Shown piece by piece: positions 1-7,846 of a DNA stretch of 64,000 nucleotides (positions are counted from its first letter, which is position 1; each line of letters opens with the position of its first letter). The position numbers were made by a program, and so were the translations under genes. Under the pieces are notes generated by a model. The model worked only from the letters and a program-made list of their open reading frames with translations. It was not told the DNA's origin and did no database searches. The stretch is from a virus, in IMG/VR virus record IMGVR_UViG_3300043436_002883, positions 32,001-96,000 of that record; one strand, given 5' to 3'.

Positions 1-85
1 AAAAAGTCCTGCATTGCTTAGCGACTTGGGGATCCCCTGGTAGCCGCACCTGTACTCATGAAGAAGGTCCCTGGACCTACCTCAA

Positions 86-451
86 TTATACCATAACTAG
101 TTGACTGTATTTACTACAGAATTTATCTAAAGATAAACTAAACACTTCTGTAGTTAGGTCCTCTTCAAACAAAGTAAACGTTTGAGTGGACCAATCAATT
201 ACAGGAATCTTGTGCTCATTATCTAGAATTCTATTAACACTTAAGCCCCAGCCTGTCTCGGACTTCCAGTCTTCGTTAATCATTTGTGATACACAAATAC
301 GTGTAGCATATGATTCATCCGTCCACCTTGGCCGTGCTGCCTCGACAGCATTGGCTAAGCGCTCCAACATACCGTGGCCTGCCCAGTGTCCGTATAGAAA
401 GATTGTATCCCCCTTGGAATCTTTAAATCCAAAGTTTGCTCTGTCTCCCAT
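86..451 (-). CDS. hypothetical phage protein (FLYGHWAG motif)
   Basis: 121-aa ORF in a co-oriented, tightly packed gene run. Confidence 0.8.
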   Translation of the reverse strand: MGDRANFGFKDSKGDTIFLYGHWAGHGMLERLANAVEAARPRWTDESYATRICVSQMINEDWKSETGWGLSVNRILDNEHKIPVIDWSTQTFTLFEEDLTTEVFSLSLDKFCSKYSQLVMV

Positions 452-452
452 T

Positions 453-662
453 TTATTCCGCCGTTTCTAGTTGAGGTACTGCTTCTTCTATTTTGTTTAA
501 TTCTATCACTTCGTATGAGACCTTGTCAAGGCCTGCTTTGTTTTTATTGTAGTGGTGGCCACAAAAGAACAGTTCACCATCTACTAGTTTAATTAAATAC
601 ATAGCCTGAGCTGTGCCACATTGGTCGCAGCCGATCCATCTTGTTAGGTCTTCAGTTGTCAT
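453..662 (-). CDS. small Zn-finger protein
   Basis: CDQC...CGHH motif; ATGA overlap with upstream gene. Confidence 0.75.
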   Translation of the reverse strand: MTTEDLTRWIGCDQCGTAQAMYLIKLVDGELFFCGHHYNKNKAGLDKVSYEVIELNKIEEAVPQLETAE

Positions 663-805
663 AGTTTCCCGCCTTCTATCATTTCACAAAGACGGTCAAG
701 AATCCAAGTATCGATATCATTAATATCAATCTCTGATAGTCTTTCCATCATTTCTTCACGAGCAAATTTATACCCGTCATCAAAACCATCTTTGTAATCT
801 GACAT
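659..805 (-). CDS. small acidic hypothetical protein (48 aa, MSDYKDGFDDGY...)
   Basis: Translated by hand; AGGAG RBS; fills the gap between neighbours with overlapping stop/start. Confidence 0.75.
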   Translation of the reverse strand: MSDYKDGFDDGYKFAREEMMERLSEIDINDIDTWILDRLCEMIEGGKL

Positions 806-1017
806 TATTTCTCCTTGTATCCTGTCGCTTCTCTGTCTGACCAGTAACTCTCAGTTAGATTATACTTGTCACGAATGCGACTTACTTTCTCAATACTACC
901 AGTTCCAATGTTGAATGTCAACGGTGACATTGCTTCGGGGTCGAGCCCTGTGATTTGTGCATCCCAATAGGCCATCTCCATAGATAGCCTATCGGGAGCA
1001 GTCAACTCAAAATACAT
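805..1017 (-). CDS. hypothetical protein
   Basis: 70-aa ORF, TAATG coupling on both sides. Confidence 0.75.
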   Translation of the reverse strand: MYFELTAPDRLSMEMAYWDAQITGLDPEAMSPLTFNIGTGSIEKVSRIRDKYNLTESYWSDREATGYKEK

Positions 1018-1676
1018 TATGCTTCTCTAACGTGGCAAACTTCGGTGTCATCAATTTGAATGTTACCGTTATTTGATTCAGCATAAAGAGCATCTGTAAC
1101 TTCTGAATCAAGGTCTAATTCATAGTCGGAGTCAAGAATGTTGTATGTATATGTTCCGCTAACTTCAAGAGTTGCGGTGAATAGAACTTCTCTTACGAGT
1201 TCAATTGAAAGCGCTTCAGCAATTGCACGAAGTGTATCTTTATCCTCTGAGTCTTCATATGCCTCAGTGATAATATCTTTGACTTTGTTAATCTTGTCTT
1301 CAAATACTCCGACACGCTTCTGTGATTGACGTGCATTGTGTAGGTCCCACTCAATTGATGTAACCTTATCAGTTGCATATTCCGCATCTGAGTATCCCTT
1401 GATTACTTTATAGGTAACCAAAAGATTAGGATTATATGTATCGGGAATTGTTGTAGTTGTTGGTTCTTCCATTTTTTCCTCTTTCGTTTGGGTTGTTGGA
1501 GCAATTGTAGCATTGACCACTGACAATAAGACTGGCTTACGGCCACACGGGCAAGTGATTTCCATCACACCCGACGGGAATCCAAAACCGTCAGATGATG
1601 TTAGTTCTATTAGTACATCACAATTGTCTGGGTCACAGGCAAATGTATATTTAGTTGATACTAGTTCGTTGGTCAT
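1017..1676 (-). CDS. hypothetical protein with N-terminal Cys cluster; likely leaderless start at 1676 and a second in-frame start at 1472
   Basis: ATG 1676 is 6 nt after a TACAAT -10; internal promoter at 1504-1525 and a GAAAGAGG leader precede ATG 1472. Confidence 0.7.
   Translation of the reverse strand: MTNELVSTKYTFACDPDNCDVLIELTSSDGFGFPSGVMEITCPCGRKPVLLSVVNATIAPTTQTKEEKMEEPTTTTIPDTYNPNLLVTYKVIKGYSDAEYATDKVTSIEWDLHNARQSQKRVGVFEDKINKVKDIITEAYEDSEDKDTLRAIAEALSIELVREVLFTATLEVSGTYTYNILDSDYELDLDSEVTDALYAESNNGNIQIDDTEVCHVREA
1504..1525 (-). promoter_or_regulatory. TGTCAG-N10-TACAAT promoter (inside CDS)
   Basis: TGTCAG TGGTCAATGC TACAAT. Confidence 0.7.
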
Positions 1677-1682
1677 GGAAGA

Positions 1683-1787
1683 ATTGTACCAGGGCCCACT
1701 GACATATACAAGCTTTTCCAGGGAATTTTTTATCATTCCCGTATGATCAATATCACACCCGCAATACTGCGGGCATTGTCGACAAAT
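1683..1787 (-). promoter_or_regulatory. regulatory cassette 1: TGTCAG-N10-TACAAT promoter, CCAGGG scaffold, near-CRP box (1742-1757), CCCGCA/TGCGGG palindrome, TTGTCGACAA
   Basis: Motifs read directly and shared with other cassettes. Confidence 0.75.
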
Positions 1788-1792
1788 CTATT

Positions 1793-1869
1793 TGGCGACC
1801 CCTACGGGACTTGAACCCGTGACCTCTACCGTGACAGGGTAGCGCTCTAACCAACTGAGCTAAGAGATC
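1793..1869 (-). tRNA. trnD: tRNA-Asp (GTC)
   Basis: GATCTCT TAGCTCAGTTGGTTAGAGC GCTACC CT-GTC-AC GGTAG AGGTC ACGGG TTCAAGT CCCGT AGGGGTC G CCA; cloverleaf with encoded CCA. Confidence 0.95.
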
Positions 1870-1873
1870 TTGC

Positions 1874-1901
1874 AGGCAGTTTTAAATCTTGCCTAGGATT
1901 T
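1874..1901 (-). ncRNA. candidate small H-type pseudoknot RNA element, copy 1
   Basis: AAATC-CTAGGCAA-GATTT-AAAAC-TGCCT; covaries with copies at 3643 and 4198. Confidence 0.45.
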
Positions 1902-1908
1902 TTATTAT

Positions 1909-2916
1909 TTAGAAAGTTGCAACCATTCGATACAACTTATTTTTTTCTGCGGTAAGAATTGGGTCAAAACCTGATGCACCCGCCATAAGTGTTTCAGAAT
2001 TGCCACGACCTGAACGATAGTAATCAAGGCGCTCAGTTAGTGCATTGAACGCACCCCACTTAGTTCCCTTGATTGTAGCGTTAGTTGGTGAGTTATGATA
2101 AAGGTCATCAAGTAGAACAACCTTATTCTCCCACTTAGTTAGCGCAACTTTAGCAGCATCTTTATCTGGCTTAGGATAAATTGTCTGAATCAACTTAGAG
2201 AATTCAGCATCAGTAATTGCCTGAGAGTAAAGTGCTTTTGCTTGAACTTCGAATTCATCAAAGTATCCAAGAGCAAGCCCAAGAGTTTCACGAGCAACTT
2301 GAATGCGACCTTCAACAGATTGCGTGTGGCGAATCTTGAAAGATTGCTTAGCATTCTTCATTGCAAGGTTTAGCGTGTTTTGGCATACAACACGAACAGG
2401 AGTAACGGCTGCTTGAACAGCAACAGAACCATCGTGTGATGTCCATACGATAAGATAAAGTTTAGTTTCATCATTAGCGCCTTGTGGGTCAAGAACCATT
2501 GTGCGGGGAATATCTACAGTTCCGAACACAACTTTGCCCTTCTTCAATGAGCCAGCAGATTCCCAACGGCAATCGGCATTAGCATCGTGAATTGCATCAG
2601 CGAATGCAAATAGTTCTTCATTCTGAACTGGCTTGTAACGCTTACCAACAGTTGCAAGAACATCAGTTCCGCCATTGAATGGATTTGTGCGAACAACTAG
2701 AGATGAATCTGAAACATCATTCCAAGATTCGTCAATGTGATTTGTGATTGGAGATAAGCGAACATTCCAATTTGCTAACTTTGCTTCGCTAAGCATTGAG
2801 GCAGTTGTAACTTCCTCATCTTTTGCAAAGATACGATTTGCTAGGTTGTGCCAAGCAGGTGCGCCACGGAGAGCGAAAGCAACTTCGCCATTTTCCATTT
2901 CGAGATTATGAGCCAT
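1909..2916 (-). CDS. DUF932 family phage/plasmid protein
   Basis: MAHNLE start, WH, YKPVQNEELF, SHDGS, TPVRVVCQNTL, IRHT and GTKWGAFNALTE motifs typical of the family. Confidence 0.85.
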   Translation of the reverse strand: MAHNLEMENGEVAFALRGAPAWHNLANRIFAKDEEVTTASMLSEAKLANWNVRLSPITNHIDESWNDVSDSSLVVRTNPFNGGTDVLATVGKRYKPVQNEELFAFADAIHDANADCRWESAGSLKKGKVVFGTVDIPRTMVLDPQGANDETKLYLIVWTSHDGSVAVQAAVTPVRVVCQNTLNLAMKNAKQSFKIRHTQSVEGRIQVARETLGLALGYFDEFEVQAKALYSQAITDAEFSKLIQTIYPKPDKDAAKVALTKWENKVVLLDDLYHNSPTNATIKGTKWGAFNALTERLDYYRSGRGNSETLMAGASGFDPILTAEKNKLYRMVATF

Positions 2917-2947
2917 ATTTATTTCCTTTCGGTTGGTTGATTAGTTT

Positions 2948-3098
2948 ATTATAACAGGTGGCACTGACATTGTATAGAGTTAGTTACAATATGTCCGAAT
3001 TGATCCGTGTGAGTAATCTCACAAATTTCCAGGGCTTTTCCACAGGAAGCCGTAAGCCTGTGGATAACCCCGCAGCTTTGGGGGCATTGTCGACAAAT
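2948..3098 (-). promoter_or_regulatory. regulatory cassette 2: TGTCAG-N10-TATAAT promoter, CRP box 3008-3023, DnaA boxes 3036-3044 and 3059-3067, palindromes
   Basis: TGTGAgtaatcTCACA; TTTTCCACA; TGTGGATAA; TTGTCGACAA. Confidence 0.8.
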
Positions 3099-3103
3099 AG
3101 ATA

Positions 3104-3130
3104 GGGCGGGATTTTAAATTGATCCCGCCC
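3104..3130 (-). terminator. GC-rich hairpin, probable terminator
   Basis: GGGCGGGAT-N9-ATCCCGCCC just past the stop of 3137-3364. Confidence 0.6.
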
Positions 3131-3136
3131 CAGCTT

Positions 3137-3364
3137 TTAATTTGTTTGGAATTTATTAGTTATACTTTCATCAAGGAACATTGCTGTAACCTTTTTCTTT
3201 TTTACATTGTCATACACGTAAGCATTTACTCTTCCGCTAAACTTACGCAAATTAGAAAAAACTAATTCAGTTAGGTATTCTCTATCAACACCTTGCTCTG
3301 AATAAATAGTTACATCATTTGCTTTGTTTGCGTCATAGATTTCTACACGATAACGATTTTTCAT
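3137..3364 (-). CDS. hypothetical protein
   Basis: 75-aa ORF; upstream TAGACA...TGTTATAAT promoter at ~3392-3420. Confidence 0.75.
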   Translation of the reverse strand: MKNRYRVEIYDANKANDVTIYSEQGVDREYLTELVFSNLRKFSGRVNAYVYDNVKKKKVTAMFLDESITNKFQTN

Positions 3365-3432
3365 TTTATTCTTTCTTTAGTAGGGATAAGAATTATAACA
3401 TTGGGGCTAGGTTCTGTCTAGCCCCCATAAGA

Positions 3433-3615
3433 TTATGCGCCGATTTTTACCATAGCCCAACGCAAACCATTTTCTGTATTCAATCCAAGTTTAGTTAGAG
3501 TTGGACGAATAGAAACGATTTCCGTGATAGTGCCAGTAATTCCTGATTTGCCAGTTGTGAATACATCGCCCTTGCGATAGAAGCGACCCTTAGCGGTATC
3601 TAGAATTGGTGACAT
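3433..3615 (-). CDS. small beta-rich protein, paralog of 4263-4436
   Basis: Start reassigned to ATG 3615 after the AACGAAAGG leader; YxxGDxFTT..S..TG.I.EI...T.NG.RW shared with paralog. Confidence 0.75.
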   Translation of the reverse strand: MSPILDTAKGRFYRKGDVFTTGKSGITGTITEIVSIRPTLTKLGLNTENGLRWAMVKIGA

Positions 3616-3642
3616 TTTATTTCCTTTCGTTAGTTGGTTGGT

Positions 3643-3670
3643 TGAGCAGTTTAGCAACTTGCTCAGGTTG
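3643..3670 (-). ncRNA. candidate small pseudoknot RNA element, copy 2
   Basis: CAAC-CTGAGCAA-GTTG-CTAAAC-TGCTCA. Confidence 0.45.
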
Positions 3671-3708
3671 TTAGGGTTCAGGACTTTAGGTTGCCCCCCT
3701 AAGTTTAG

Positions 3709-4125
3709 TTAGAGATACTTAGCAATCTGCTTCATTGTGGAAGCATTTACTGTTTCCTCATCTGTCATTTTGAGAATTGTGAGAGCATTTGTGATGTCCT
3801 CTTTGATTTCACGATACTGATGTGTATGAACTACCTCAAAATCCTTTTCAGGTTCTTTAGGAAAAGTTCCCTCTTTAGTGATAATGTCAAAATCAACATT
3901 GAGAGTGTTGTTCCATTGGCGATAGTTTGTGCGAAGGTTCTCAGCCTTTGAGAAGTTAGCAATAGCCCACTTGCCTACTTCCTTTTTCCAAGCCTCATAA
4001 GCCTTAGTGTGCTTTGCTTCATTTGCTGTTTGGTCTGCGTAGTCCTTTTCCAATTTAGCAAGGCGAGTTTCTAGTGCCTTGATTACTTTGGTCGTTGCTA
4101 CCTTTACTGTGATTTGTCTGCTCAT
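3709..4125 (-). CDS. hypothetical coiled-coil protein
   Basis: 138-aa ORF with AACGAAAGG leader and own promoter. Confidence 0.8.
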   Translation of the reverse strand: MSRQITVKVATTKVIKALETRLAKLEKDYADQTANEAKHTKAYEAWKKEVGKWAIANFSKAENLRTNYRQWNNTLNVDFDIITKEGTFPKEPEKDFEVVHTHQYREIKEDITNALTILKMTDEETVNASTMKQIAKYL

Positions 4126-4160
4126 TTATTTATTGCCTTTCGTTGGTTGGTTGTTTGAGT

Positions 4161-4182
4161 AGTATAACATAGGGGTCTGACA
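4161..4182 (-). promoter_or_regulatory. TGTCAG-N10-TATACT promoter
   Basis: TGTCAG ACCCCTATGT TATACT. Confidence 0.75.
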
Positions 4183-4262
4183 TTTACCCCGAAGGGTGAG
4201 AGTTCTTACTTAGGACATTGGGCGAGAACACTCTCTAAACTGCCCCTGTTTCCTTTATTTAG

Positions 4263-4436
4263 TTATGCTAGACTATCGGCAAGAACTGTTGTCCAGCGTT
4301 CTCCGTTGTCTGTTTCCAGACGAACTCTCACCGAGCCAGATGAGTTAGGAATAATCTCTTTGATTACGCCTGTTTCTTTAGACTTCAGGGTAGTGAATAA
4401 ATCACCGACCTGATAGACTTTGTTATCTATTGTCAT
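4263..4436 (-). CDS. small beta-rich protein (57 aa), paralog of 3433-3615
   Basis: Hand translation MTIDNKVYQVGDLFTTLKSKETGVIKEII...; GAAAGGA RBS. Confidence 0.75.
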   Translation of the reverse strand: MTIDNKVYQVGDLFTTLKSKETGVIKEIIPNSSGSVRVRLETDNGERWTTVLADSLA

Positions 4437-4462
4437 TTTGCTTCCTTTCTTGTTAGTGTCCT

Positions 4463-4540
4463 ATTATAGCAAAGGGGTCTGACATTTTCTACCCCAATCT
4501 CATTATGCGAGATACCAAGCGTGTGAGATAACTCACACGC
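4463..4540 (-). promoter_or_regulatory. regulatory cassette 3: TGTCAG-N10-TATAAT promoter plus CRP box 4522-4537
   Basis: TGTCAG ACCCCTTTGC TATAAT; TGTGAgataacTCACA. Confidence 0.8.
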
Positions 4541-4552
4541 CTAGTTTTGATC

Positions 4553-4834
4553 TCAGTATTCGCTTTCAGGTAGCCAAGCGTCTAAGTGGTGTTGTTCAAT
4601 AATAGCGGAGGCAGGTGCAAACTTTTCTCCACGATACAATACGCCTTCAGGCATTTCGATTAGTTTATTATAGTCCTCGTCATAGTATGCATCGATAGCA
4701 TCTATGCAAGGTTGCACCATAGAAAGTGGAACGGGTGGGTAATGATTACCTTGTAGGTGATAACCGATAGCGGTTTCTAAATCTAAATCGAATAAATCAT
4801 TATCCGCTAATTCTGTTGCAAAGTTACTTCCCAT
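4553..4834 (-). CDS. hypothetical phage protein (HLQGNHYPP...HHL motif)
   Basis: 93-aa ORF in co-oriented run. Confidence 0.8.
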   Translation of the reverse strand: MGSNFATELADNDLFDLDLETAIGYHLQGNHYPPVPLSMVQPCIDAIDAYYDEDYNKLIEMPEGVLYRGEKFAPASAIIEQHHLDAWLPESEY

Positions 4835-4836
4835 TA

Positions 4837-5061
4837 TTAGTTACCTTCCTTGATAGTTACTTCAGCCCAAGTGTTATTTTCATTTGCAATTTGCAATACC
4901 TTAGCCTCAGCAAGTGCGTGTAGTGTTGCACCCTTGCACATCGTTAGTAAATCTGTTTCAGTTAGTTTTAGTAATGCAGGTAATAGGTTAGCAGGTATTT
5001 TATCAAGGTCAATAATAGCCTCGAATACTATGGAGTGTGGAACTTTTATTTGATTAGACAT
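4837..5061 (-). CDS. hypothetical protein
   Basis: 74-aa ORF with AACGAAAGG leader. Confidence 0.75.
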   Translation of the reverse strand: MSNQIKVPHSIVFEAIIDLDKIPANLLPALLKLTETDLLTMCKGATLHALAEAKVLQIANENNTWAEVTIKEGN

Positions 5062-5090
5062 TTGTTACCTTTCGTTGTTGGAATAAGAGT

Positions 5091-5254
5091 ATTTTAGCAT
5101 AGGCCACTGACATTACCTAATCCATTATGGGCGTGTCGCAGCTTTTGTGATAATACTCACATTTTTGGGGGGTTGTGGATAACTGCCGTAAACCTGTGGA
5201 TAAGCCGCCACCTTTGCGGGCCAGCTTGATCTTGTCAAGTCGACACGCCGTTAG
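5091..5254 (-). promoter_or_regulatory. regulatory cassette 4: TGTCAG-N10-TAAAAT promoter, CGACACGCC boxes, CRP box 5146-5161, DnaA boxes 5174-5182 and 5195-5203
   Basis: Motifs read directly. Confidence 0.8.
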
Positions 5255-5346
5255 CCTTTAAGTACGGCCCATATAGCAATTGGAATCGGAAGTACAATAG
5301 CGCTAATAAATATAATTGCAAGAATTGATCCGAGAGTATCTGCCAT
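5251..5346 (-). CDS. 31-aa membrane peptide
   Basis: MADTLGSILAIIFISAIVLPIPIAIWAVLKG; TAATG coupling to upstream gene. Confidence 0.6.
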   Translation of the reverse strand: MADTLGSILAIIFISAIVLPIPIAIWAVLKG

Positions 5347-6065
5347 TATTTTTTACTCGCAGAAAATCTAATATCCGCTTTACCGTAGACACATAAGCCA
5401 CAAGATACACAAGCGGACCCAGCATTGCTAATAAGCGGAATGCTTTTCATATTCTCTGGACACTTAGCACCAGGCTTGCCAGTCAATTCTTTCATTGTGC
5501 TCTCAGTTACGGCGAATGTCTTTCCTAGATAAGCAAGGCGGATACCAGAATTAACTTTCAAATCATGGCCCGTTTCTTTATTCTCATCATCGGTAGAATA
5601 ATAAAGAGATAGATTAGATACATCCTTAAGAATAAGCGCTGCAGACTTTACTCGTGTATAAACCCAAAATTGAACATCGGGGTGGTTAGAAATAATAGTC
5701 TTCCAGGCATAGGTATAAGTATCATTGAAGAAATCTCCGTCCCAGTGGATACGGAATAACTTAGGAGCGTCTTTCTTTTCACAATCTGCAACAAATTCTA
5801 CAATCATCTCATCTAATAGAATAAGCATAGTATCGGTATCTGCATTGCGTAGCAATTCCCAGTTGTGCAGAAGATTAGCCTTTACTCCCTTGAAGAGCTT
5901 TTCGAGTTTTCCTGCGTAGCAAACACTCTCACAAATACTAGTGGCACCAGGGCATGAGTAAGCCTTTCCAGCGGGGAGACCGAACGTGTTAGCAATTGCG
6001 GCTTGCTTTCCATTTTTTGTGACAAGGTTAGCCACCTTTCTATCATTAGAACGTTTTAGTTTCAT
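5346..6065 (-). CDS. gp88-like (Gene product 88) Cys-rich, radical-SAM-related protein
   Basis: CPGATSICESVCYA, FRIHWDGDF, FWVYTR, CP and CxxCxxC motifs; start reassigned to leaderless ATG 6065. Confidence 0.75.
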   Translation of the reverse strand: MKLKRSNDRKVANLVTKNGKQAAIANTFGLPAGKAYSCPGATSICESVCYAGKLEKLFKGVKANLLHNWELLRNADTDTMLILLDEMIVEFVADCEKKDAPKLFRIHWDGDFFNDTYTYAWKTIISNHPDVQFWVYTRVKSAALILKDVSNLSLYYSTDDENKETGHDLKVNSGIRLAYLGKTFAVTESTMKELTGKPGAKCPENMKSIPLISNAGSACVSCGLCVYGKADIRFSASKK

Positions 6066-6072
6066 AGGGGTA

Positions 6073-6094
6073 ATTATAGCGGTTAGATCTGACA
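6073..6094 (-). promoter_or_regulatory. TGTCAG-N10-TATAAT promoter (leaderless transcript)
   Basis: TGTCAG ATCTAACCGC TATAAT, 7 nt before ATG. Confidence 0.75.
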
Positions 6095-6096
6095 TA

Positions 6097-6306
6097 TTAG
6101 TAATCCTCATCCATTCCGTGTCCTGCAGACGCAAGAGCGTCGGAATCGGACCAGCCCGTTAGTTCATAGAATTCCATTTCTTCAGAATCATAGCATTCTG
6201 CACACATATAGTCATCACCGAATACTTCATAATCAGACTCAGAATCAAAAGTCATAGTTGTGCCACAAATTTCAGAGTTTAGGCAAGCGACGGTAAATAG
6301 TTCCAT
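6097..6306 (-). CDS. small acidic Zn-binding protein (DSDALASAGHGMDEDY C-terminus)
   Basis: C-x4-C and CxxC; AACGAAAGAGG leader. Confidence 0.8.
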   Translation of the reverse strand: MELFTVACLNSEICGTTMTFDSESDYEVFGDDYMCAECYDSEEMEFYELTGWSDSDALASAGHGMDEDY

Positions 6307-6336
6307 AATGGACCTCTTTCGTTAGTAGATATTGGA

Positions 6337-6454
6337 ATTATAGCAGGTTAGACTGACATTTGCTAATCGACACGCAAATTTCCAGGGTGTTTTAGATCAC
6401 ACCCTTAACGACACGCCCGACCCCGTAGCTATGTGGGCGCTTTGTCGACAAATT
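6337..6454 (-). promoter_or_regulatory. regulatory cassette 5: promoter, two CGACACGC boxes, CCAGGG scaffold, half-CRP box, palindromes
   Basis: Motifs read directly; same offsets as cassette 2. Confidence 0.75.
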
Positions 6455-6458
6455 AATT

Positions 6459-6590
6459 TTATTGATCGAATTTATTTTTATGTTTGATCTTGCGTGTGTA
6501 TTTTTTTTTATTGCGAACAGGTTGCGCCGCATTACTGCGACGCAATTCCTGAATGCGTTTTACTTTATCTTGAAGTGAAGTTAGGAACAT
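6459..6590 (-). CDS. 43-aa basic peptide (ELRRSNAA...KKKYTRKIKHK)
   Basis: Hand translation. Confidence 0.6.
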   Translation of the reverse strand: MFLTSLQDKVKRIQELRRSNAAQPVRNKKKYTRKIKHKNKFDQ

Positions 6591-6756
6591 TATACCCACT
6601 CGCTTCGTGAAATCGTTTTACATCAAATCGCTCATTGTCAATCGCAAACATTTCCGCAAAATCATTTACGATTTTAGAAAATACAGCGGGGTGAGTTTTA
6701 TTGCTCGCATACTTTAGAATTTCTGCGGTTGCGATGTAATCTTTTCGTGTCATCAT
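6565..6756 (-). CDS. hypothetical phage protein (MTRKDY...DNERFD..RF family)
   Basis: Recognisable small phage family pattern. Confidence 0.8.
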   Translation of the reverse strand: MMTRKDYIATAEILKYASNKTHPAVFSKIVNDFAEMFAIDNERFDVKRFHEASGYNVPNFTSR

Positions 6757-6956
6757 TTTACTACGACCTCTCCTGAACGATAAAATAATTTAGTATACAT
6801 TTTGCCAGTTGGCGTTGATAGATTTACAGTTGAGTATTCGTTAGCCATTCCCCAATCGGTAAAACGGAAAAAGTTTTCCCACGCACCAAATTCGTTTTCG
6901 TATTCGGCAGACCAATGCGGAGCGTTGCTATCATAAGCGCAAGTTAGTTTATACAT
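6753..6956 (-). CDS. hypothetical protein
   Basis: 67-aa ORF, coupled to neighbours. Confidence 0.75.
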   Translation of the reverse strand: MYKLTCAYDSNAPHWSAEYENEFGAWENFFRFTDWGMANEYSTVNLSTPTGKMYTKLFYRSGEVVVK

Positions 6957-7120
6957 TATTCATTCACCCAATCTACAGTTAGTTCATCAGAAATTTCATC
7001 TACGCAAGCGCAAGGCTCTACATCATAATTATTTTCATTTCCAAAGAATAAAAATCCTGCGCCACCGCATTCATCACATTCAGCAGAAATAATTTCTATG
7101 TATTCTTTTACTTTAGCCAT
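6956..7120 (-). CDS. small Zn-finger protein (54 aa)
   Basis: CDECGG...PCAC; AACGAAAGGG leader. Confidence 0.7.
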   Translation of the reverse strand: MAKVKEYIEIISAECDECGGAGFLFFGNENNYDVEPCACVDEISDELTVDWVNE

Positions 7121-7238
7121 TTAGGTTTTCCCTTTCGTTTGTTTGAGTTGTAATTGTAGCAGATAGCACTGACAAGGCTTGCGCCTTGCTTGCTTCACGT
7201 TGTGCGATAACGTGCTTCTTGAATTCGTCTAAGTTCAT
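7113..7238 (-). CDS. 41-aa peptide overlapping a promoter
   Basis: MNLDEFKKHVIAQREASKAQALSVLSATI...; AGGAG RBS. Confidence 0.55.
   Translation of the reverse strand: MNLDEFKKHVIAQREASKAQALSVLSATITTQTNERENLNG
7153..7174 (-). promoter_or_regulatory. TGTCAG-N10-TACAAT promoter
   Basis: TGTCAG TGCTATCTGC TACAAT. Confidence 0.75.
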
Positions 7239-7360
7239 TCGAACGCTCCTTCTTCTAGTAATCCTAATTCGATGTTGAATAATTCATCTGGAGTGGCTTC
7301 GGCTAAATCAACCCAGCCCGCACCATCTTCATTCATTCTGAAAATTTCGATGTATCCCAT
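7235..7360 (-). CDS. 41-aa acidic peptide
   Basis: MGYIEIFRMNEDGAGWVDL...; abuts neighbours. Confidence 0.65.
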   Translation of the reverse strand: MGYIEIFRMNEDGAGWVDLAEATPDELFNIELGLLEEGAFE

Positions 7361-7362
7361 TA

Positions 7363-7569
7363 TTATTCACCAACCTTTACTGCGATTGTTGCGAATTTAT
7401 TTCGCAGACCGCCCGTGCGAATTTCGATTAGATACGCTTCGGTTTTTTCGCCGTAGTAAATTTCAGGGCGAGCCTCAGCAGAAACGATTTCGCCTGAAAA
7501 GTGGCGAGAGTTTGAGCGATAGTTTTTTCCTACAAGTAGGCTTTCGATTGTGTAGAGTTTAGTAGCCAT
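7363..7569 (-). CDS. hypothetical protein
   Basis: Start reassigned to ATG 7569 after AACGAAAGAAGG leader. Confidence 0.75.
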   Translation of the reverse strand: MATKLYTIESLLVGKNYRSNSRHFSGEIVSAEARPEIYYGEKTEAYLIEIRTGGLRNKFATIAVKVGE

Positions 7570-7604
7570 TAGTGGCACCTTCTTTCGTTGTTGTTATAGT
7601 AGAG

Positions 7605-7846
7605 ATTATACACGAACGGACTGACATTTTCCAATTTGGCAAGGGTTTGTCTCATTATTTGGAGCGTGGGCTTTGTGATAAGCATCACACAAGTTATGTG
7701 ATAAGCATCACACAAAATGTCCGATTTGTCTGTCAAGTCGACACGCCGTAGAATCCAGGGAATTTTATAACGACTTCATAACGACACGCCCGACGCCGCA
7801 CCCTTGTGGGCGCAGCTGTCAATTTGTCAAGTCGACACGCCGTTAG
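7605..7846 (-). promoter_or_regulatory. regulatory cassette 6: promoter, tandem CRP boxes (7674-7689, 7697-7712), three CGACACGCC boxes, scaffold
   Basis: TGTGAtaagcaTCACA twice; TGTCAAGTCGACACGCCG twice. Confidence 0.8.

Noticed and set aside
799-804. TGTCAG hexamer
   Set aside because: No -10 at the 10-bp spacing; it is the ATG TCA G start of a gene.
1793-1869. tRNA as prophage attachment site
   Set aside because: No integrase, no duplicated tRNA 3' end and no host genes in the window.
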